Origin: Okeania sp.
GTDB lineage: Bacteria; Cyanobacteriota; Cyanobacteriia; Cyanobacteriales; Microcoleaceae
Assembly: GCF_035285525.1 (NCBI RefSeq)
Contig: NZ_JAYKGW010000002.1
Location: 1 to 21,680, forward strand
DNA length: 21,680 nt
Direction: 5' to 3'
Shown in pieces: positions 15,296 to 21,680 of this stretch. A program made the position numbers and the translations under genes. Below the pieces are notes generated by a model that had not been told where the DNA came from, searched no databases, and was given only the letters and a program-made list of their open reading frames with translations. Position 1 is the first letter of the stretch. Each line of letters opens with the position of its first letter.

Positions 15296-17749
15296 CTACA
15301 GAAAAGAACTATCAACCTGGTCTGATTCTAAAATAGTTTGAAAGCCCTGGACAGGAGTCCATTGAATCGCACCATCACGACCTGTCCAAAATAAAGGCAC
15401 ATTATTGTCCTGAAAAAATTCTATCATTTCTGGATGGACAGAATTTGCGGAAGCGATCGCTACTTCTGGCCGAATAATATTAAATAATTCTGGATTCAGT
15501 TGATTTCCCGGCCACCAAAGCACTTCTGTTGGTTGAAAACTTTTGGCTACTAATAGTTTACTTTGTTCTAAGAGTTTAGCTTTTCCTAATAATAACCAAC
15601 TTTGGTCACGAATTATAAATTTGACAATTGGAGTCTCTGAATTAATCAATTTTATCTGTGTAGAACCCAATTCAATATTTTGATTATTCACGACAGTATG
15701 GTAATTAGTTTGGCTCTTTTTTAATTTATCAAGTACGGGTTGATTATTAGTTTGATAATTTTTTTCATTATCAATTTCTATGTCATAAAAATTTTTAACT
15801 TTTAAACTATCAAAAATATTAGACCAACCGCGACTTAAACCTTTTTGGGAATGAAGAGCGATAGACCAATCTATTGTATTAATACCTTGCTGCCGTAAAA
15901 ATGGTAACACTGTAAATTTAGCTGTATTTTCATCCCCAACATTGACTAGGAGAACTTTACCTTGGTCTTGAATGACAAATACTGGTTCGGAGGATGTATC
16001 CAGAATGGTAGCTTGAAAAATTGAAGTGCGTGTATACCAGACAGGAATAATAATAATAGCGATCGCTAAGAGTAAACTTGACTGCCAAAATTTTAGAGGG
16101 AATTTTTTCTTTTTACTCGGATCTATTTCTGGAGGTCTACTGGCAATATACCATGTACCACCAATTAAACCATAGAGAAGAACTAATTGATAAATGGATA
16201 TTGCTCCTACTGCTACTTGATTTCCTGGTAACTTGCTAAAAATTTGTACAATTTCAATTAATATCCTGACTGGAAAATACAAGGTTACGGCACTCAAGCT
16301 ACCTAGATATGGAAAAATTAAGGCTAACATGGCGCTAAGAAATCCACCTAAGGTAATTACAGCAACTAGAGGGGCTGTAATAATATTCACCAAAATAGTG
16401 TAGGGGGAAACCACAGAAAACACATATAGTAATAGAGGCAACGTCCAGACAGAAGCAGCAATGGGAATAGCAATTAAAGAAGCAATACCGGAAGGCAACC
16501 AATCTAGCCGTTTTATTAAAGGCGGTGTTGTCACCAATAATCCTAGAGTTGCTAAGAAACTCAATTGAAATCCTAAATCCCAAATCCACAGAGGATTGAT
16601 TAATAATAATAAAGTGGCAGCTAAAACCAGAGCAGCTAAAGGTTGAACTTGCCGTTGGGAAACAATTCCCACTAAAGCTGCCACACCCATAAAAGCTGCT
16701 CTTAATACGGACGGCGAACCACCAGTCAAACCCACATAAATAATTAAAGTAAAGAGACCAAAACCAAATCTTGCTCCTGAAGGCAAATTTTTTGTCAAAG
16801 TCAGCACTACACCCAAAATTAGGGAAACATGAAAACCTGATGCTGCCAAAATATGAGCTAAACCTACTTGCACAAACTGGTCTTGTAACTGATAAGAAAA
16901 ATCTACAGCTCGACGTCCTAAAACCATTGCACTTACTAAAGAACCCTCTGGCGCTCCCAAAGAACTAACCTGAGCGCGAATAATTCGCTGTCGAATTTTG
17001 TATAATCCCCAAGGATGAATATTTTGTTGATTCGTCTTAGTAAGTTTATAACCTGTAACTCCAGCAAAAGAACCTTCTCTAGCTAAATAAGCACGAAAAT
17101 CAAAACCTCCAGGATTAGTTGCTGGTGATGGTTTATATAAAGAACCAGTTATTGCCACTGACTCACCAGGATAAATACCTGTTGCTTGTAGAAGCGGAAC
17201 TGTGACATAAAGTTTTCCGGCAACATCTTGGTGTACATTCGCTGAGCCATCAGTACCAACTATTTCACTTACTTGTTCTGCTTTTAGCCAAAGTTGTGCT
17301 TTTCCAGAACGAGTTTTGCGGGGTAGAGAAAGAACTTTTCCCCGAACAATAACAACTTGTTTTTGAGACTCACCATTAACTGAAATAATTTGACTAACAT
17401 CGGTTGTTGTTGGTTGAGGTACTCGAAATTGAAAATATATACTAGCAAGAAAAGCGATCGCTCCAGCAGTTATCCACAACCAATTTGAATTTAGTCGCGA
17501 TCTTCTATTTTTTCTAGAGGGCGAATCTAGATATTCACCGCTTCTAAATAAGTCTTCAGTATTTATGTTTTGTTGATAATTTGCGATTACTTTGGTTGAT
17601 CTGCGTAAATTTTGTCGGTATCTTCTTTGTACAATAATTGGTAATAGTAATTCTATAGCTAGTAAGGCATATATCCCCCAAGGTTTAAAAGTAGATATTA
17701 GCCCCATTATGTAAGCTAGGCAGATAACAATTTCTACAGCTTGATTCAT
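15296..17749 (-). CDS. comEC: ComEC/Rec2-family DNA internalisation competence protein
   Basis: 817-aa polytopic membrane ORF. The N-terminal OB/DUF4131-like part includes VIVRGKV...LWLKAEQV. The competence core includes FVQVGLAHILAASGFHVSLILG and SPSVLRAAFM. A C-terminal metallo-beta-lactamase-like domain is present. Confidence 0.9.
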   Translation of the reverse strand: MNQAVEIVICLAYIMGLISTFKPWGIYALLAIELLLPIIVQRRYRQNLRRSTKVIANYQQNINTEDLFRSGEYLDSPSRKNRRSRLNSNWLWITAGAIAFLASIYFQFRVPQPTTTDVSQIISVNGESQKQVVIVRGKVLSLPRKTRSGKAQLWLKAEQVSEIVGTDGSANVHQDVAGKLYVTVPLLQATGIYPGESVAITGSLYKPSPATNPGGFDFRAYLAREGSFAGVTGYKLTKTNQQNIHPWGLYKIRQRIIRAQVSSLGAPEGSLVSAMVLGRRAVDFSYQLQDQFVQVGLAHILAASGFHVSLILGVVLTLTKNLPSGARFGFGLFTLIIYVGLTGGSPSVLRAAFMGVAALVGIVSQRQVQPLAALVLAATLLLLINPLWIWDLGFQLSFLATLGLLVTTPPLIKRLDWLPSGIASLIAIPIAASVWTLPLLLYVFSVVSPYTILVNIITAPLVAVITLGGFLSAMLALIFPYLGSLSAVTLYFPVRILIEIVQIFSKLPGNQVAVGAISIYQLVLLYGLIGGTWYIASRPPEIDPSKKKKFPLKFWQSSLLLAIAIIIIPVWYTRTSIFQATILDTSSEPVFVIQDQGKVLLVNVGDENTAKFTVLPFLRQQGINTIDWSIALHSQKGLSRGWSNIFDSLKVKNFYDIEIDNEKNYQTNNQPVLDKLKKSQTNYHTVVNNQNIELGSTQIKLINSETPIVKFIIRDQSWLLLGKAKLLEQSKLLVAKSFQPTEVLWWPGNQLNPELFNIIRPEVAIASANSVHPEMIEFFQDNNVPLFWTGRDGAIQWTPVQGFQTILESDQVDSSFL

Positions 17750-18224
17750 ATCATTTTGGAAAAGGAAGGCACGACAAGGATTTGGGCAAGGATGTACGGA
17801 TTATTGTATGCGGTTTATCAAAAAATAATCCCCCCGATGATGCGCTATCCCTAATGAAAGATGGGAAAGACAAGGAAGATGGGGAAGATAAGCAAGAGGA
17901 GGGAGTAAGAATTTTGTCTAAATTCCTCACTCATAATGTCTAATTCAATACACTTTTCTCCACAAAAAGCCGACGTCAGATTTGCACATAACTTGTCTCT
18001 AATGTCTAAGTTTTATGTTAAAAAAGATGTTTATAAAGCATAGCTTTTAAATGTGGAAAGTAGAAGGGAGTATTGGTTTAAAAAGAAAAGGTTTTTGGGT
18101 TGCGTAAGCGGAACGGAGTTATATTAATGATTATCCAGACATGATATTTTTGTGAGGAAAAATCTAGCTAGATTTTTAAATATTAATCTAGTAATTTCTT
18201 GGCACTTTTTATGACTCCAAAACA

Positions 18225-18410
18225 AACCTTTAATATTGATCTCTCAATTATTTAATATTTCATCAGCAAAACCTAATTATTAATTGTTAATTATTAACTA
18301 GATAAACCCACCGATTATGACTTTCAAAAACCTTAACGCTTTATCTGTCAATTATTTAATATTTCATCAGAAAACCCTAATTATTAATTATTAACTAGAT
18401 AGACAAACCG
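18225..18410. repeat. Direct duplication (about 103-bp period) of the DUF4079 gene 3' end plus its downstream region
   Basis: 18244-18310 (tcaattatttaatatttcatcagcaaaacctaattattaattgttaattattaactagataaaccca) matches 18348-18409. The second copy contains the real stop codon and last codons. The first copy has one extra heptamer unit. Confidence 0.85.
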
Positions 18411-18871
18411 AGTTTTAAACCTAAGACTGCATGAACAAACATAACAAATAGTGCAATGCTACCCAAGTAAGCATGAGTAGTTCTCAATACAGCTTGATTT
18501 CCACCAAATTTTGTTAGGGAAATAAAACCATTTGCTCCCAACAATATTAATACAAGTGAACCAGTCCAAAAATGAGGACTTGTAAATATTTCTTGTTCCT
18601 GCATTACCAGAGACAATATTCCACCTGTGTAACCTAAGCCAATAAATAGAGACATAAATGGTGCGATTTTCCGATGACTAGAAGCACTTTCTATGGCGAC
18701 TGCTTCATCAGTAACTAATCGTCTACGCCATCCAGTTATCCCAACAAAACTACCCATAACAAAAATAACTATCCCCATCATTAGCGGATGTCCCCAATGT
18801 ACGATTGGTTCGGGAGTACCAAAGTTGCGGAATATGTCAGCTATTGGTTCTAAATATTGTCTGATTTCCAT
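18395..18871 (-). CDS. DUF4079-family integral membrane protein (about 158 aa from the internal Met)
   Basis: From MEIRQYLEPIADIFRNFGTPEPIVHWGHPLMMGIVIFVMG the sequence shows four hydrophobic helices and conserved His residues typical of the family. The 45 upstream codons of the listed ORF translate heptamer and dispersed repeats. Confidence 0.8.
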   Translation of the reverse strand: MEIRQYLEPIADIFRNFGTPEPIVHWGHPLMMGIVIFVMGSFVGITGWRRRLVTDEAVAIESASSHRKIAPFMSLFIGLGYTGGILSLVMQEQEIFTSPHFWTGSLVLILLGANGFISLTKFGGNQAVLRTTHAYLGSIALFVMFVHAVLGLKLGLSI

Positions 18872-18959
18872 TTTTTCTTCTCTCTGAATTTTTAGTATCA
18901 ACACTAAGAGCTTAACAGAAGTGACGCACTCAAACAACCAGAAATTATTGCCATGATTT

Positions 18960-19029
18960 AATAGACATCTCCACAAAAGAGGTATGGGGCAATGGGCAAT
19001 AGGCAATAGAAAGAAAGAAGTGATAGTTT
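18960..19029 (-). repeat. Small dispersed element, copy E3, with an internal GGGCAAT heptamer triplet (18987-19007)
   Basis: The reverse complement reads aaactatcacttctttctttctattgcctattgcccattgccccatacctcttttgtggagatgtctatt, collinear with E1 and E2. Confidence 0.65.
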
Positions 19030-19430
19030 CTGTACAATAATTGATTTAATTTTGCATTTTTGGAGGTGTCTAATGGATAATGAAAACTATAGCAATAATT
19101 AGGAATCAAGAGTCAGAATATAAAATGATTTTATTGACATTAATTACTCTTAAATATTTCATAAATCATCCCTGATACCTATAGTTATTATTGCCATTGG
19201 TGATTATTAACTATAGCATTTATTTAATCTATGAGATACAGTTTGATATCCTCACTACCCACTTTAGAAATGTGATAGCCTTCAAAGTCCCCCTTACAAA
19301 GGCAGGATCTATTTATTGTGAGAAAAAAGAAGGAGGGGGTGGGGAGGGTAAGAAGTGTGGAAAGTACAGAAATAGAAAAATATAGGGTTGTAAATATTCT
19401 CTGACGACAAAGAATCAGTTCTGTCTTATA

Positions 19431-19620
19431 CCAATTACCAAAAGTTATGCTATACTGAGCGCCATATTTCAACAGTCAATAATTACTAAGATTAAAAGTC
19501 TTTCTTTGACAATTATTAGTTGTTTAGTAATTATTTTTCCTGATTTTCTTCTCCCCACACCGACCACACGAACTACACTTCCCCACCCAATCAGATATAG
19601 AATTCTTTTTGAGAAATGGT
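19431..19620 (+). repeat. Dispersed repeat of about 185 bp, copy 2 (inverted relative to 7033-7216)
   Basis: See 7033-7216. The alignment was made by eye, so boundaries are approximate. Weaker similarity may extend to about 19644. Confidence 0.8.
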
Positions 19621-19803
19621 CTTACAAAGGGAGATTGTAAATGTACTTAATAACTGTGGGAATTGCTATATAATTTTTTTTAAGTGTAGAAACCAAATTT
19701 GTCCGATATACTTTACTATACTGAAATATTTTTCCAACCAACCTGGGTTCTCATAGTACAAATTTAGATTTCATCGTTTAATTCACCAACGCCTAATTAT
19801 CAA

Positions 19804-20700
19804 TTATCCATTAGTAAGTGCTGGTTCCGCTGTTTCTTTTAACAGTGGAAAATTAAGACTTTCTCGTTGTGCTAAATAAAGTTGACCGACTTGCCGTGCT
19901 AAATTACGAATCCTACCAATATAACGAGTACGTTCGGTGACAGAAATTACTCCTCTAGCATCAAGTAAATTAAAACTGTGGGAACATTTGAGAACATAGT
20001 CTAAACTCGGTAAAACTAATTCTTGTTTAATTAGTTGTTTAGCTTCTTGTTCATAAAGACCAAATAAAGTAAACAGAAACTCAGGATTAGATGCCTCAAA
20101 ATTATAGGTACATTGTTCAATTTCTCCTTGAAGGTAAATATCTCCATAAGTAACCTTATCAGTCCAAGCTATTTTCATAATAGCATCAACTCCCTGAAGA
20201 TACATCACCAGACGTTCCAAACCATAAGTAATTTCGATACAAACTGGTCGGCAATCTATACTACCACATTGTTGAAAATAGGTGAATTGGGTAACTTCCA
20301 TTCCATCAAGCCAAACTTCCCAACCTACACCCCAAGCACCCAGAGTCGGAGACTCCCAGTTGTCTTCTACAAATCGAATATCATGATCCTCTGGACGGAT
20401 ACCCAGAGCGCGGATAGAATCCAGATAAATATCTTGAATATTGTTAGGAGAGGGTTTGATTAAAACTTGATATTGATAGTAGTGTTGAAAGCGGTTGGGA
20501 TTTTCTCCATAACGCCCATCGGTGGGACGACGACAAGGTTCAATATAGGCAACCGACCAAGGTTCAGGACCGATCGCCCGTAAAAAGGTGTGGGGATTCA
20601 TTGTACCAGCGCCTTTTTCGGTATCATAAGGTTGAGCGATGAGACAGCCGCGATCGCTCCAAAATTTATTTAAGGTGGCTATGACTGATTGGAAGTTCAC
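19804..20700 (-). CDS. glyQ: Glycine--tRNA ligase, alpha subunit
   Basis: 298-aa ORF with near-invariant GlyQ blocks: FQSVI..L..FW...GC...[50 protein letters not shown]. Confidence 0.97.
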   Translation of the reverse strand: MNFQSVIATLNKFWSDRGCLIAQPYDTEKGAGTMNPHTFLRAIGPEPWSVAYIEPCRRPTDGRYGENPNRFQHYYQYQVLIKPSPNNIQDIYLDSIRALGIRPEDHDIRFVEDNWESPTLGAWGVGWEVWLDGMEVTQFTYFQQCGSIDCRPVCIEITYGLERLVMYLQGVDAIMKIAWTDKVTYGDIYLQGEIEQCTYNFEASNPEFLFTLFGLYEQEAKQLIKQELVLPSLDYVLKCSHSFNLLDARGVISVTERTRYIGRIRNLARQVGQLYLAQRESLNFPLLKETAEPALTNG

Positions 20701-20735
20701 TTACTTTTTTTTAGGTCTTGAGTTTAAAAGAACGC

Positions 20736-20762
20736 TCAGCAGTCAGCAGTCAGCAGTCAGCA
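20736..20762. repeat. Tandem heptamer array TCAGCAG (about 3.9 units)
   Basis: Read directly, 36 bp upstream of the glyQ start codon. Confidence 0.9.
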
Positions 20763-20977
20763 AGGTTATTTTTTTAAAGTTTAGAAGGGGATTTTAACCC
20801 AAATAGAGGCGAATGGCAATTCACCCCTAGAAGCTAATAGCTGAATACTAAAAGCTGATAGCTAGTTAATTGAAATTATGGCATTATTTGGCATATTATG
20901 AGCATTATGCTCAATGAATTTTTCCCATTTATCATATTCTTTAACATAAAATAGTTATCTTGTCAATTTAAAAAAAC

Positions 20978-21067
20978 AGGACTTACGCCAAGGTACTATA
21001 TATAGAGTTAAAAAACTATTGCTTATGGGGTTTTAAGCACTATCCCTAGCGTCACTGCGTAAATCCT
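20978..21067 (+). mobile_element. MITE-like small repeat, family A, copy A3 (termini aggacttacgc / gcgtaaatcct)
   Basis: Collinear with A1 (27-117): ggtactatatatagagtt, aactatt, tatgggg, aagcactat. The terminal inverted repeat is 11 bp with one mismatch. Confidence 0.7.
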
Positions 21068-21123
21068 AAAGAATATAGATTTTTTAGTATAATCTAATCA
21101 GGAATTAAAAAAGGTAATTAATA

Positions 21124-21672
21124 ATGGTTACATCCCCAGTCATTGTGCAACAATCAACAGAATATACTTTGGAAGATTGGATACAAAATCTTCCAGAAAA
21201 GAAAGAATGGGTAAACGGACAATTATTGGAAAAAAATGGCATAACTCTTAAGCATAGTCGGATTCAAGCTAAACTAGCTATTTATTGGGGAAATCATCTC
21301 AATTCTAGTCAGCAACAAGGTGAGGTTTATACTGATGTACCTTGTCGGACAAATAAGCAAGGGCGTTATCCTGATGTTGCTTATCTTACTTCAGAATTAG
21401 AAGCAGAATTTGGCAATGAAAAAGTTTTACCTCAGAGTTTTCCTTTGTGTGCTGAAATTATTTCTCCTACAGATTTAGCTGAAGATGTTATTGCTAAAGC
21501 AGAAGAATATTTAGAATCTGGAGGTGAGGAAGTTTGGTGAGTATTTCGTGAAAATAAATGGGTAATTATTGTGACTGAAGAATCAAGACTTATTTTGATT
21601 TCTGGGCAAGTTGTTAATAGTCAAAAAGTTTTAAATGGTTTGAGGATTTCGGTGGATGAATTATTGAGTTAA
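21124..21672 (+). pseudogene. Uma2-family endonuclease gene interrupted by a single in-frame TGA (codon 139 of 182)
   Basis: The ORF ends ...EYLESGGEEVW at TGA 21538-21540. The same frame continues VFRENKWVIIVTEESRLILISGQVVNSQKVLNGLRISVDELLS to TAA at 21670-21672, which is the expected Uma2 C-terminus. Uma2 motifs are present (YPDVAY, CAEIISPTD). Confidence 0.75.
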
Positions 21673-21680
21673 TCAAGATT

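Noticed and set aside
18872-19006. 45-codon N-terminal extension of the DUF4079 ORF (MPIAHCPIPLLWRCLL...)
   Set aside because: It translates the dispersed element E3 and its GGGCAAT heptamers. The family-typical sequence begins at the internal Met (18871). The same LLWRC-type peptide arises wherever the tagacatctcc motif is translated.
353-20463. Antisense or overlapping ORFs inside long genes (353-562, 995-1252, 1580-1780, 1650-1832, 2081-2416, 5064-5291, 9717-9959, 13004-13186, 16335-16589, 16771-16968, 18693-18887, 20113-20463), and the intergenic ORFs 19191-19385 and 19224-19472
   Set aside because: The overlapping ORFs are shadow ORFs opposite or overlapping well-supported genes. The two intergenic ORFs are low-complexity translations of repeat-rich intergenic DNA. 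None has a recognisable motif or context.
20900-20912. 13-nt perfect palindrome gagcattatgctc between the divergent glyQ and Uma2 genes; a possible operator
   Set aside because: It is short and AT-rich, and it is embedded in several gcattat-like words. Nothing ties it to a known regulator, and it cannot be told apart from chance in this composition.

Overview
This is an AT-rich chromosomal segment that looks like a filamentous, probably heterocyst-forming cyanobacterium (Nostocales-like). That inference rests on HIP1 octamers GCGATCGC (e.g. 1745, 1770, 4319, 8504), many tandem heptamer (STRR-type) arrays, and a typical gene set. Housekeeping genes: gnd (302-1723, +), glyQ (19804-20700, -), comEC (15296-17749, -), a DUF62 SAM hydrolase-family gene (7942-8754, -), a DUF4079 membrane protein (true start probably 18871, -) and tRNA-Ser(CGA) (14698-14782, -). 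Between gnd and the tRNA lies a co-oriented minus-strand block. It holds a predicted pseudokinase-TM-TPR protein (11460-13664), its intact Ser/Thr-kinase paralogue (8919-11147), the DUF62 gene, a 1-kb repeat and relic zone, and a tight Uma2 endonuclease / TPR-CHAT caspase-like protease pair (6327-6914 and 3655-6309). The window is also a graveyard of mobile DNA. It contains an IS5-family IS with perfect 19-bp inverted repeats and a frameshifted transposase (1804-2830). It contains an unlisted HUH/Y1 (IS200/RAYT-like) transposase pseudogene with two in-frame stops (3062-3511), hidden under a spurious ORF. It contains a TnpB remnant next to the tRNA (14410-14632), two Uma2 3'-end relics, and a second Uma2 gene interrupted by an in-frame TGA (21124-21672). 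At least three subfamilies of small MITE-like elements share AGGACTTAC/GTAAGTCCT termini. I see no CRISPR array, rRNA, prophage or clear-cut known defence system. The best candidates for something new are the kinase/pseudokinase receptor pair, the Uma2-CHAT operon, and the small-repeat ecosystem, which includes an apparent nested insertion into a hairpin. All functional calls come from motif recognition by eye, not from searches.
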